DNA of 64,000 bases, from the NCBI GenBank assembly GCA_963844715.1, contig CAWJPJ010000005.1, positions 32,001-96,000 of the forward strand, given 5' to 3'. Made by a program: the position numbers and the translations under genes. Source of the DNA: an uncultured Phycisphaerales bacterium. Its GTDB lineage: Bacteria; Planctomycetota; Phycisphaerae; Tepidisphaerales; Tepidisphaeraceae. The notes under the pieces were generated by a model that saw nothing but the letters and a program-made list of their open reading frames with translations, did not search any database and had not been told where the DNA came from. Positions 20,577-31,846 of the stretch are shown in pieces; position 1 is the stretch's first letter, and every line of letters begins with the position of its first letter.

Positions 20577-22392
20577 TTATTGCGCCACGCCGCCGGGGAG
20601 AAAGCCTTCCAGCTTTCGGGCCCGGACGGGATGCTGGAGCTTGCGGATCGCCTTGGCTTCGACTTGCGCGCACCCTTTCGCGCGTCACTTTGAAGATGCG
20701 CCCGACTTCTTCGAGCGTGTAGGTGTAGCCGTCGCCGATGCCGTAGCGGAGCTTGATGATCTCGCGCTCGCGATACGTCAGGGTTTTCAGCACCTGCTCG
20801 ATTTTGTCCTTGAGCATTTCCTGAGTGGCGGACTCGACAGGATTGTCGGCTTTTTCGTCCTCGATGAAATCGCCGAAATAGCTGTCTTCGCTCTCGCCGA
20901 CCGGGCGATCGAGCGAGATCGGATGCCGGCTGATCTTGAGGACGCGCCGGGTTTCCGTGACCGTCATCTTCGCGCGGCGGGCGATCTCCTCGATGGTCGG
21001 TTCGCGGCCAAGCTCCTGCATCAGCGCTTTGCTGATGTTCCGCAGCTTGCTCATGGTTTCGATCATGTGCACGGGGATGCGGATCGTCCGGGCGTGGTCG
21101 GCGATGGCTCGCGTGATCGCCTGGCGAATCCACCAGGTCGCGTACGTGCTGAATTTGAAGCCGCGTCGGTATTCGTACTTGTCGACCGCGCGCATCAGGC
21201 CGGTATTCCCTTCCTGGATGATGTCCAGGAAAGAGAGCCCGCGATTGCGATATTTCTTGGCGATGGAGACCACCAGCCGCAGGTTTCCGCCCGACAGTTT
21301 TCGCTTTGCGTCCTCGTATTTGAAATAAATCTTGCGGATCGCGACCACCCGGCGGTGGAGATTCTGCGCATCTTCCAGCACCAGGTCTTCGAGTCCGCTC
21401 AGTTCCTGCTGGCAAACTTCGAGGTCTTCGCCGGGGTCCTTCAGTTTCTTGAGTTCCTCGATTTTCAGTTCGAGTTCCACCATCTTGGCGGAGATCGACG
21501 CCAGCTTTTTCATCAGCGGCGTTACCTTGCTGGTGCGCAGGGCCAGTTCTTCGAGCAGCTTGACGCTGCGGCGGCGGCGGCGGCGGATCGCCAGGCGAAC
21601 TTCGTCCTGGTCCTTCCGGGTCTTGGCGGTCCGCAGTTGTTCCCATTCGTCGCGATTGCGCCCAGCATTTGGCGGACCGACGCCAGGTTCAGCGGAATGC
21701 GCTGCCCGATGGTTCCCTTATCGGCCATGCCTTCATCGGTGCTGATTTTCATGGTGCGGTCGAACGGCAGATCGCCGTCGTCGACCTGCTGGAGAATCTC
21801 CGCCGCCGACTGGAGGCAGTAATCGCTCTCCAGAACTTTGGAGCGGAAAATTTTGCGGGTGATTTCGATCTTCTTCGCCAGCCCGATTTCCTGCTCGCGC
21901 GTGAGCAGGGGGATTTCCCCCATCTGGGTGAGATACATCCTGACCGGGTCGTCGATGCGCTTGGTGGAGGCCTCGGCCAGCTCGGCTTCCAGGTTCAGAT
22001 CCAGCGACTCATCGTCGTCATCCTCGTCGACGACGATCTCCTCTTCCTTCGGACGCGAGGGGCGCGCCCTTCAGGGACTTGACCGCCTTGGCGGCGGTGG
22101 GGGCCCGCTCTCCGGGCTCGGGGGAGGTCTTTTCCGGCTTGGTCGCGGCGCGGCCGGGTTTGGTGAACTCCGCGACGTCGGTGTCATCGATGAGACGGAT
22201 TCCCATCTCGTCGATCATCATCAGCAGCGAATCGAGCTTGTCCGGAGAAACCACTTCGTCCGGAAGGCGCTCGTTCAACTCGTCGTAAGTGAGGTATCCG
22301 CGCGAGGTCCCAAGATCCAAAAGGGCCTGCACGCGCAGGTCTACTTCTTCCTGAGAACCTGATCCAATCAGGGGCGTTTCAATCGTTGCCAT
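20577..22392 (-). CDS. rpoD: RNA polymerase primary sigma factor (three frameshifts)
   Basis: Region 1.1 [47 protein letters not shown]; downstream of dnaG. Confidence 0.95.
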
Positions 22393-22539
22393 TGTCTACA
22401 ATCCACTTTCCTGGCAGGAATCCGGACCAACGGCTGGCGGCCGCGATCCTCGCCGACGCGGTACCGGGCCAAAGAGTTCGGGAAAATTCCCGATCCTTGC
22501 AACGCGGTCACCGCCACCGGCGGAACACTCTTTAGTTTT

Positions 22540-24400
22540 TCAAACAATCGGCACACCTGTTCTGGCCCGCGCTCTTTCCTGCAACTCCCGCAGGGCCGCC
22601 AAGTCTGCCGACAAATCCACCGACTCCCCGGACGATTCTATGCCCGCTTTTCGCAATTGGGCGATGAGTTGTCGTCCCTCTTCTCGTTGATCCTCTTCGG
22701 TCAGGCGCTTTAAGCAGCCTTCCAATAGTTCCGGCCCATCCGGCATGTTGGTCGCTTCGTTGGCCCATCTGAGGGCCAGGGCTTTTTGCTCCTCATCCTC
22801 GAGCAGAGCGAGGAACTCGGCCAAAATAACAACCCCCTCATCTTCTTGGCGCTGCCACATCGTTTCAGCGAGCTTCTTCAGTCCGGCCTCCGTAAATTGA
22901 GCCGGGACAAGACGTTGCTGCACGGAAGGCCAGTATTCCGGCTCGAGCAAAAGCAGGCCGATAATGAATCCCTCAGCAGTCTGCCGGGCCGTCGGTACGG
23001 GGGGCGGAGCATTGATATTCGGCTCGCTTCCCGCCGCAACTTGAACCGCCGGCCTGCCATATCGAGGTTGCGGGGCCGTTTTAAACCGCCGACTAAGCTG
23101 CTCGACGGGGATATCCGTCAAGCGGCTGACTCGCGCCAAAGCCGAGCCCCAGCGAAGCGAATCGACCGGCCCGGACCCGCGCATCCGCAAGGGTCTGCAA
23201 ATATTGTTCGACGGCCTGCTGCCGATTCGTCACCGAATCGCTCGCCTTCACCTGCCGCTCAAGCTGCTTCCATTTGTACGCCAGGGCGTCTGCGGCCGAG
23301 GCGAGCAGTTGGTTGAACGCATCCGGGCCATGCTTGATCAGATATTCATCCGGATCGAGCCCATCGGGCAGCGAGGCGATCGCGATTTCCACCGGCTGAG
23401 TCAAAAACAATTCGACCGCCCGATTGACCGCCGCTTCTCCGGCCGCATCGGCGTCGAAGATCAGGACGATTCGTCCGGCGTGCCGGCGCAGGAGGTTCAC
23501 GTGCTGTTCCGTCAGCGACGTGCCCAAGACCGAGACCACATTGCTGGCGCCGAACTGATGCGCCATGATCACATCGGTATATCCTTCCACGACCGCGACG
23601 GTTTGCGTCTCGACGATTCTCGGCCGGGCCAGATCCAATCCATAGACGCAGCGGCTCTTCGAAAACAGCGGTGTTTCCGGGCTATTCAGGTACTTCGCCG
23701 GGTCTTCCGATCCCGGCATGACGCGGCCGCCGAACGCGATGATGCGTCCGTTTTCGTCGCGGATCGGAAACATCAGGCGATTCCGAAACGTGTCGTAATA
23801 TCCGTCGCCGCGCTCGCGCGGCTTGGCCAGGCCCGCCAGCGCCAGATGCCGCGGCGAGAACTGCTTCATCGCAGGACTCGTCAGCAGAGCATCCCACTGG
23901 TCAACAGCCAGCCCGATGCGAAAGCGTTTGATCGACGCCTCGTCGAACCCGCGGCCTTCCAGATACTGCCGGGCGGCGAGCCCATGCTGCGGATGAGAGA
24001 GCAACTTTTCAAAGAACAAACAGGCGGCGGAATTCGCTTCCAATAGCGTTTGCCGCTCGCCCGAATTCTGCTGACCGGAATAGGCGGGCAACTCGATTCC
24101 CGCCGCCTCGGCTAAGATCCGCAGCGCTTCCTTGAAGTCGACGCGGTCGCGCTGCATCACAAAGTCGAAAGCCGAACCGCCTTTCTTACAGCCATAGCAA
24201 TAAAAGAATTGCTTGGATGGACTTACGTGGAAGGACGGTGATTTCTCCTGGTGGAAAGGGCAGAGGCCGACAAAATCCTTGCCTCGCCGCTTAAGGGCGA
24301 CGGTTCTACCGATCAACTCGACGATGTCGGTTGCCTGAAGAACGCTGGTCTTGCTATCGCCGGCGAAACTTTGCCCGTTTGGTCGCTTCTCCATTGCCAA
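22540..24400 (-). CDS. dnaG: DNA primase (frameshift ~23180)
   Basis: CPFH..CYGC Zn domain, FRNRLMFPI, KYLNSPET, VEGYTD, DPDE. Confidence 0.96.
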
Positions 24401-24654
24401 CGACCGGGTCTTCCCCTAAATCCTTCAGGGATAAAGCTTAATACGCGTCCCCAATGGACGCACAGTGCCAAATATATCACCCGATGGTTAAGGGGTCAAA
24501 TATTCAATCCGCAATCAACACAAAAGTCCCGTAACCTCCACAAGTTATAAAAATCTTCATTCTCCCGATCATTGCTTCGGATATTATCGGACGGCACACA
24601 ACGTAACAAAGGTCACAATCCCCACGCTAAGTTGGGGTAGTTTGGGAACTAACT

Positions 24655-25065
24655 ATGACCCGTTTTACCTTGGACGCAAACACAGACGGCAGCGATCACA
24701 TTGTCAACCTGAGTCCGCTGCTTAAGCCGAAGGTCAGCCAGCTTAAAGGGGAGGGGGTTCTCCACCTTTTCCTGGTTGGAAGTACCGCCGCCCTGACGAC
24801 GTTGGAGTACGAGGCCGGGCTGGTGAAGCATGACATGGCCGAGGTGCTTCAGCGCCTTATTCCTGACGACGTCCAGTATCAGCATGAAGCCACCTGGAAC
24901 GACGACAACGGGCATAGCCACGTGCGCGCCGCCCTCATCGGCCCGAGCCTGACCATTCCATTTGGACAGGGGCGGCTCCTCACCGGCGAGTATCAGCAGG
25001 TTGTTTTGATGGAGTTCGACACGCGTCCGCGCAAACGCGCGATTATTTGCACCGTGCTTCCGTGA
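24655..25065 (+). CDS. YjbQ (UPF0047) family protein
   Basis: GSTAALTTLE, YQHE...NGHSHVRA, GEYQQV, EFD. Confidence 0.9.
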   Translation: MTRFTLDANTDGSDHIVNLSPLLKPKVSQLKGEGVLHLFLVGSTAALTTLEYEAGLVKHDMAEVLQRLIPDDVQYQHEATWNDDNGHSHVRAALIGPSLTIPFGQGRLLTGEYQQVVLMEFDTRPRKRAIICTVLP

Positions 25066-26560
25066 GCGATCGCAAATCCGCTGCTGCGCGCTCGATCGGG
25101 CTGGTCCAATCGTCCCACGCGGTCTGGCGATAGAGCTTCAGGGTCGGATACCAGGGAGAACTTTCTCGATCCAGCAGCCAGCGCCAATCGGGGATTCGTT
25201 TCAGGAGCACCCAGGCGGGTTTCCCCATGGCTCCGGCCAATTGCGCTGCGGCTGTATCGATGGTGATGAGCAGGTCCAAATGGTGGATTACCGCGGCCGT
25301 ATCGGCGAAATCTGAGATTTGAGATTTGAGATTGATTACATTTGGATCCGCAAGGCCGTCCTGCAATCCGAAAAACTGGACGTTTGGATTCGACAGGGGT
25401 TTGAGCGACTCGGGCGGGATCGATCGACCGTAGGGCAGCGGGCGGCCCGACCAGGCTAATCCCACTTTCAACCTTTTGCCTGCGCCGGCCATCGCCGGCT
25501 TCCATTTCTCGACGATTTCCGGATCCGCTTTTAGGTAGGGAACGTCTGCCGGAATCGAGTCTAATCTTGTGGCAAACGCGAAGGGTAAGCTGAAGAGCGA
25601 GGATTGATAGTCATACTCCGGTATGTCCTCTTCGGGTCGGAGTAATCGAATCGGGCAGGGGAGGCTTCTCAAAAGCCGATGCAAAACCACCGGGCACGCC
25701 AGGATCAGATTTGCCCCGCGCTGGGCCAGCAAGGGCAAATAGCGGGCAAACCAGATCGTGTCGCCAAACCCCTCCTCGGCGTACAAAAAGATTGTCTTGC
25801 CTTGCAATTCCTGTCCCGCCCATTTCGGCACTTCAATTCGGGCCGCTGCGGCGCACCTTTTAATCGCACGCGCCATTCATACTCCGGCAAGCCGTTCTCA
25901 TAATCCCCGCGGGTCAGAAGCACCTGGGCCAGATTCCAATGGCCGTCGGGATAATTGGGATCGAGCTTAATCGCCTTACGGCAAGCCTCTTCGGCCTGCT
26001 CAAGTTCCCCGACGCACAACAGGGCAAATCCCAACCCCGCCCACGCCTGCACGGAGTTCGGATTCATTTCGATCGGCCGGCGATATGCGGCGATCGCTCC
26101 CGCCAAGTCATTCATACCCGCCAGCACCGCGCCTAGATTTCCATACGCCTCGGCAAAATCGGGGCGGATTTCGACGGCCTTGCGATAGCTTGCCGCTGCC
26201 GATGCAAATTCCCGCTTGTCGGCGAGGGCCTTGCCGAGATTGAAATGTCCGCGCACCAGTTTTGGATCGAGTTCAACGGCTTTGCGGTACGCGGCGATCG
26301 CGTCGTCCAGTCGGCCCGCGCTCTTCGAGCGCGTTGCCGAGATTGGAATGCGCCGGGGCGAACTCAGGCTTGATTTGAATCGCCTGCTTGATCAGTTCCA
26401 CCGCCGACTCGGGCTGGCCGGTTTCCTGCATTATGACCCCGAGAAGATGCAGGGCATCGAAATCCTGGGGATTCTCGGTGAGAATCTGCCGATAGACCGA
26501 CTCCGCCGCCAGGAGTCGCCCGGCCTGATGGTGCTCGACGCCAGTCCGAATCGATGTCAT
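25043..26560 (-). CDS. TPR-repeat glycosyltransferase (GT9-like), copy 3 (frameshifted)
   Basis: TPRs, YEWR, EEGFGD, VGLAWSG, DTAA...LAGAMGKP, DWRW...SPWYP. Confidence 0.85.
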
Positions 26561-28102
26561 TTTTCCGCCACCCGCTGGTGCAGCGCCGCGGCCACTTCGC
26601 GAACCACGGGCTCCCAATCGCCAAATTCTTTCTGCCGGAATAATCGCATCGTGGGATACCACGGCGTTTGCTGGCCCGTCATCTGCCAGCGCCAATCCGG
26701 CACGCGCTTCAGCATCGTCCACACGGGTTTTCCCAGGGCTCCCGCCAATTGCACGACGGCCGTGTCGATTCCGATCACCAGGTCCAGTTGATCGATCAGC
26801 GCGGCCGTGTCCGCGAAATCCCTGATTCGATCGGTTGCATTGATTAGATCCATCCGCGCCGCCGGCGTTTCCTCTGAGCCTTCGCCAATCTGCAAACTAT
26901 AAAACCGCACATCGGGATGACCCAGTGGTTCGAGCATCCGAAGCGGGATCGATCGACCGGCTGGCTGCGCCGCCCGACCACACCAACCCAACCTTGAGCT
27001 TTCCCTCGTCTCGCGCAATCTCGTCAGCAAATCGCTCCCGATCCGCGGCCTCAGTCTTGAAATACGGTCCCGCCCATTGGTAATCTTCCGGCCCGGGCAA
27101 TCCGAACACGAGAGGTAAACTCGGCAGCGCACAATGCAGATCAAAGCCCGGCAATTGATCCGCCGAGGAGAAAAAGTTATCAACGCCCGGCAGACTTCGC
27201 ATCAATCGCAAAACCTTCGGCTGGCATGCCATCATGGCTTTCCCGCCGCGCTGCGCCACCAGCGGCGCATACCCGCGCAAAATGGATCGTGTCCCCGAAA
27301 CCCTGCTCCCCGTACAGTAAAACCGTGCGCCGCGCAAATCTCCGCCGTCCCACATGGGCTGGGAGAATTCGGCCGTGAAGGGTTCGAATTCCGGCACGCG
27401 CCGCCGCCAGTCATATTCCGGCCAGCCTTCTTTATATTTGCCCTGAAGCAGCAAGACCTGGGAGAGATTCCAATGAACCATCGCCGCCGCGGGATTTCGC
27501 CCCAGCGCTCGCTGATAAACGTCCGTCGATTCCTCCAGCTCCCCTCGGCTCAAATGCAATGCACCAAGATTCGTGTACGCCTCGATCAGATTCGGATCCA
27601 ATTCGATAGCTCGTCGGAATGAATCGCGCGCATCCGCGATTTTCCCCGCCAGCTGAAGGGCGATGCCCAGATTGTATAGATAATCGCCATTGTCCGGACG
27701 AAGCTCGGCGGCACGCCGCAACTCATCCATCGAAGCGTCGTATCTTCCGAGCTTGCAGTACGTATTTCCAAGATTATTCCGCGCGACGTCGTTGCCTGGC
27801 TGAATTTTGATCGCCTCTTCGTACGCTGCGATCGATTCTTCGAGCCGGGCCGCGCCTGCAAGGGCAATCCCGAGGTTATACCAAGCCTCGAAAAATTTTG
27901 GCCGCAGGGAAAGCGCCTTCTTCAGCGCCTCGATCGCCTCATTGGTTTTCCCCAGGCGTGTGAGAATCATCCCGCAGTTGCAATAGTCTTCGGCCCCCTT
28001 GTCGTCATCGTGGGTGGCCTGCCTGAAATATTGCACCGCCTCCGCCAACTTGCCGGAGCGGTATTCCTTTGCCGCCAATTGCCGCAATGCTTCACGGTCC
28101 AT
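26557..28102 (-). CDS. TPR-repeat glycosyltransferase (GT9-like), copy 2 (frameshifted)
   Basis: TPRs, YDWR, VGLVWSG, DFADTAA, DWRW...TPWYPTMRLFRQ. Confidence 0.85.
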
Positions 28103-29542
28103 CTACGACTCTCGTAGCGCCGCGACCGCCTCTTCGACGGCCGCGGTCCAGTCTCCACGATGCTTCTGCCTGAAAATCCGCATCGTGGGATACCACGGAG
28201 AGTCGTTTCGATCCAGCATCCATCGCCAATCCAACACCGGCGGCAGCAGGAGCCAGACCGGTTTCCCCAGCGCTCCCGCCAAATGCGCCACGGCCGTATC
28301 GACGCTGATCACCAGATCCAGTTCGCTGACCAGCGCCGCCGTGTCGCTCCAGTCGTTCAGTTCCGCGGTCCAATCGGTCGCGTTGAGATTCTCCGGCAGC
28401 GCCTCGGGCGCGATCCTTCTGCAAGCTGAAGAACCGCACATTGGCGGCTTCGGAGAGCACCCCCAGCTTTTCCGGTGGAATCGAGCGCATCGCGTCCGTC
28501 GGTTTCGACGCCTCCCCGGCCCAAACCAAACCGACTTTCTTCCTCCGTCCGCCTGGGGCGAGCCGATCTCTCCACGTCCGGCATTTGCCGGAGTCCGCCC
28601 AGAGATAAGGCACCTTCGCCGGCACATTCTCCGGCGTCGTTCCCATGACCCCGGGCAGGCTCAGCATCGGGCAGTGATAGTCATACGGCCCAACCTCCTC
28701 CGGCCGATCCGTCGCGACGACCTTTTCCACCCCGCGCAAACTTTTCAGCAATTCGACCAGCGGCGGCTGAGCCGCGACGATGACCTTCGCCCCCAATTCC
28801 GCCAGCAGCGGCGCAGTACCGCGCAAATTGAATGACATCGCCAAATCCTCCTTCCGGGTGAAGCAGGATTCGCTTTCCGGCGAGATTCTCGCCGTGCCAT
28901 GTCGGGCCTGGAATATTGTGCGTCCGCAAACTCGCATCGCGATAGAGCCAGCGATATTCCAATTGTGCCCACCCGGTGGCCCAGTTTCCCTCGGCGAGAT
29001 ATGCGTGCGCCAGCGCCCAGCGCATGGGGGCATCCTCCGGCCACTTTTCCAATCCGTCCCAGAGCACGTGTCGCGATTCGCAAAGTCTGCCCGTCCAATA
29101 GACGCCCTGACCCAGAATTAAATGCGCCGGCCGCAGTTCCGGGCGCACTTCGATGACCTCCCGATAAATCTTGATCGCGGCTTCCATCTCGTTTTCCGCC
29201 ATGAGCGCCGCGGCCAGGTTGTACTGCGCTTCGAACAGCTCTGGGGCGATCTCCAGCGCCCGGCGATAGCAGGCGATCGCCTCGCGTGATTTGCTCAGCC
29301 GCGCTGCGCCAGACCCTGGTTGCACCAATAATCCGCCCGCGCGGCTCGACTTTCGAGGCGCGGGCAAAGAGCGCCGCCGCCTCTTCCATGCGGTTGGATT
29401 CGAACGCCAGAATGGCCAGTTGATGCAAAGCTTCGGCGTGATTCGGGTCATCCGCCAGAACCTGGCGGAAGCGTTCCTCGGCCTCCGCCGGCCGCCCCGA
29501 ACGCGAAAACTCCACCGCTTCTTGCAGTGCCCGCCCCATCAT
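28103..29542 (-). CDS. TPR-repeat glycosyltransferase (GT9-like), copy 1 (frameshifted)
   Basis: TPRs, EGGFGD, VGLVWAG, SVDTAVAHLAGALGKP, SPWYPTMRIFRQ. Confidence 0.85.
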
Positions 29543-29601
29543 ATTCCGCTATTTTATTACATCAGTGATATCCTGTATGCTTTATTTTTGGAGAGATTTA
29601 A

Positions 29602-30429
29602 ATGCGTTTTTTCGCTGCATTCGCGGGTTTACCGATGATTTTTCTTATTTCCCGCCCCGTGGCGGCGGCCGAACGCTATGTCCTCCACGAAAAGCTGCAT
29701 GTCGGACAGGTGGTTTGCATCCAGTCGGATTACCGTCGCAGCGTTCACAGCATCTCCACGACGGGCGACGTCCAAACCCCCTCCAACATCGATTATCACC
29801 AGATTCTAAAGTCCACCATTAGCGTCCTGGCCGAAAAAGATGGCTCAGCCACCGAGGTCCGCGTTCAAGTCGACGCCAGCAGCCGAGACATCGAGAATCA
29901 TTCGGGCAACTTGAAATGGGTCGACAATAACTTCGCCGGGAAGACCATCACGTTGCGGCGGCTTGCCGATGACTCCATCGCCAACGATTTCACGGGGCAG
30001 GCCGACCCCACCGATCTCGACAATCTCAACGCCTATCTCAACCCCGACGCCGATTGCTATCCCGATCATCCGGTGGCGGTGGGGGACGTCTGGGATGCAA
30101 CCGCGAAGATGCAGCCCCATTCGGGCCTCGGGCCTAATGATCACATGCTTGCCGAATGCCGGCTTGACAGCGTCAAGAACGAGAATGGGCGGCAGATGGC
30201 GCAGATCACCTGCTCCTGCGGCGAGATTTTCCAGGAGGACGGCAACGTCGAGGAAGACGTCCAGTGGACTGCCGTCATGCTCACCGACATCGGCACGGGC
30301 CAGATCATTTCTTCCGATCTCAAAGGCTCCAGCACCTATTCGACGCCGGCAACCGAATCCACGCGCCTTTCCGGCGGTACAACCTTCCACGACATCGATC
30401 TGGTCATCCCCCCGACAACCCGCCCGTGA
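29602..30429 (+). CDS. Secreted hypothetical beta-rich protein (paralog 1)
   Basis: Signal peptide; PDHPVAVGDVW; similar to the next ORF. Confidence 0.75.
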   Translation: MRFFAAFAGLPMIFLISRPVAAAERYVLHEKLHVGQVVCIQSDYRRSVHSISTTGDVQTPSNIDYHQILKSTISVLAEKDGSATEVRVQVDASSRDIENHSGNLKWVDNNFAGKTITLRRLADDSIANDFTGQADPTDLDNLNAYLNPDADCYPDHPVAVGDVWDATAKMQPHSGLGPNDHMLAECRLDSVKNENGRQMAQITCSCGEIFQEDGNVEEDVQWTAVMLTDIGTGQIISSDLKGSSTYSTPATESTRLSGGTTFHDIDLVIPPTTRP

Positions 30430-30432
30430 ACC

Positions 30433-31341
30433 GTGGCCGGTATTATCGCGCCTGCGGATGTGATCCAACTCATCCACGGGGCGTTAGCGGCCGAAAATCA
30501 TCATATCTTGACGCGGATTTGCGCAATTTCATCCCTTCTGTTGCTCCTTTCCGCGACCCGCGTATCGGCCGACGCCCCGCAGCAGTACACCCTGCGCGAG
30601 AACTTCGCTGCCGGACAAACCTTCCACACCCGCATCGACGTCAGCGGCGACGAAAATGACGCCCTCACAAAGAGCGGCTCAACCTGGCACAGGGCTTTTC
30701 ATTATCGCCAGTACACGATCGTCGATGTCAAAGTCCTCTCCGTGCAGGATGGGATGCCGATCGACCTTCGCCTCGATGTAGACCCCGACAGCCACGATAC
30801 GCAAACCGACGCCTCGGGGATGAAAATTATCGACAACTGCTATGCCGGCGATTCCCTCACCCTCCATCGCAATCCCGATGGGAAGTTCAAGCAGAATTTC
30901 CGCGGAAAAACGAACGTTAGCGATGAATCCCAGGTCTTTAAACTTATGCACGTCGAGGACGTGATTCTTCCCGATCATCCGGTCGCCGTCGGGGATATGT
31001 GGGAGCCTAAATTTGTGGAATTTTTCAAGCTGCCCCCGCATGTGCAGATGATGGCGCAATGCCAGCTCGGTTCCGTATCCCAGGATGACGGCAAGCCTGT
31101 GGCCACGATCGATCTCTCGCTGGCGGGCCTCCGTGAGGGGCGAGCGGAACTGGAACAGGACATCGAAGTCTCCGGCGTATTCCGCGTGGACATCAATTCC
31201 GGCCGAGTCATCTCGTGGAGCGAAACCACCACCGGAACCAATTCGAATCCGCCGGGAATGCCGGTTGAAATCTCCGGCGGCTGGACCGCCAGGGATTCCA
31301 TGGTTTCCATTCCCGCGGCCCCTCCCGCCACGCAACCTTAA
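30433..31341 (+). CDS. Secreted hypothetical beta-rich protein (paralog 2; true start probably ~30500)
   Basis: Signal-like segment; PDHPVAVGDMW; PATQP tail. Confidence 0.75.
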   Translation: MAGIIAPADVIQLIHGALAAENHHILTRICAISSLLLLLSATRVSADAPQQYTLRENFAAGQTFHTRIDVSGDENDALTKSGSTWHRAFHYRQYTIVDVKVLSVQDGMPIDLRLDVDPDSHDTQTDASGMKIIDNCYAGDSLTLHRNPDGKFKQNFRGKTNVSDESQVFKLMHVEDVILPDHPVAVGDMWEPKFVEFFKLPPHVQMMAQCQLGSVSQDDGKPVATIDLSLAGLREGRAELEQDIEVSGVFRVDINSGRVISWSETTTGTNSNPPGMPVEISGGWTARDSMVSIPAAPPATQP

Positions 31342-31411
31342 CAAGATCATTGTGGACAATCCGGGCAAAAGTCGCCACAATGCTCCGCCTTAAAACTTAC
31401 AAGGAGAATTC

Positions 31412-31738
31412 ATGGCCGAGGACACCACCGACAGCAATCAGCCCGCCGCCAATGTGCAGGTTCTTTTGGATGAGCGCGAGCTGCGGCAGATTTACAGCAA
31501 CGCCTATCGCATCCACGCCACCGCCGGCGAAGTGGTGGTCGATCTGGGCTTCAATATGCCCAATCCCAACCCGCAGGCCGGGCAGCAACAGCAGTTGCTC
31601 CTCAAGATCACCGATCGGGTAATCATGTCCTACGTCAACGCCAAGCGCCTGGCGCTCTCGCTCGGGCAATTGGTCAAGCGATATGAACAGCAGTTCGGCG
31701 AATTGACGCCGCCGGGCTCGCAGCGCCCTGGTCAGTAA
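31412..31738 (+). CDS. DUF3467 family protein
   Basis: YSNAYR...EVVVDLG...RVIMS...AKRL...YEQQFG; AAGGAG RBS. Confidence 0.88.
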   Translation: MAEDTTDSNQPAANVQVLLDERELRQIYSNAYRIHATAGEVVVDLGFNMPNPNPQAGQQQQLLLKITDRVIMSYVNAKRLALSLGQLVKRYEQQFGELTPPGSQRPGQ

Positions 31739-31750
31739 AAGGCGAGGTCA

Positions 31751-31840
31751 GCCACAGATGGGGACAGATGAGCACAGATGGAAATGCAGAAATTGAATCT
31801 ATTTTTTTATCTGTTTGAATCTGGTTTTTGATCTGGGGCG
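31751..31840. repeat. Palindromic element, family D (CACAGATG units)
   Basis: gccacagatggggacagatgagcacagatg ... atctgtttgaatctgg...atctggggc; related copy at 56598. Confidence 0.8.
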
Positions 31841-31846
31841 AGTGTC

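Noticed and set aside
24401..24654. oriC candidate in the AT-richer dnaG/yjbQ spacer
   Set aside because: Only weak CCACA-containing words and no convincing DnaA-box cluster; explained as a divergent promoter region.
25307..25335. TGAGATT x3 inside TPR-GT copy 3, resembling a repeat arm
   Set aside because: In frame (NLKSQISDF) at a position matching the paralogs' conserved segment, with no inverted partner.
31351..31359. Single DnaA-box-like TGTGGACAA upstream of DUF3467
   Set aside because: An isolated 8/9 match is expected by chance in 64 kb.
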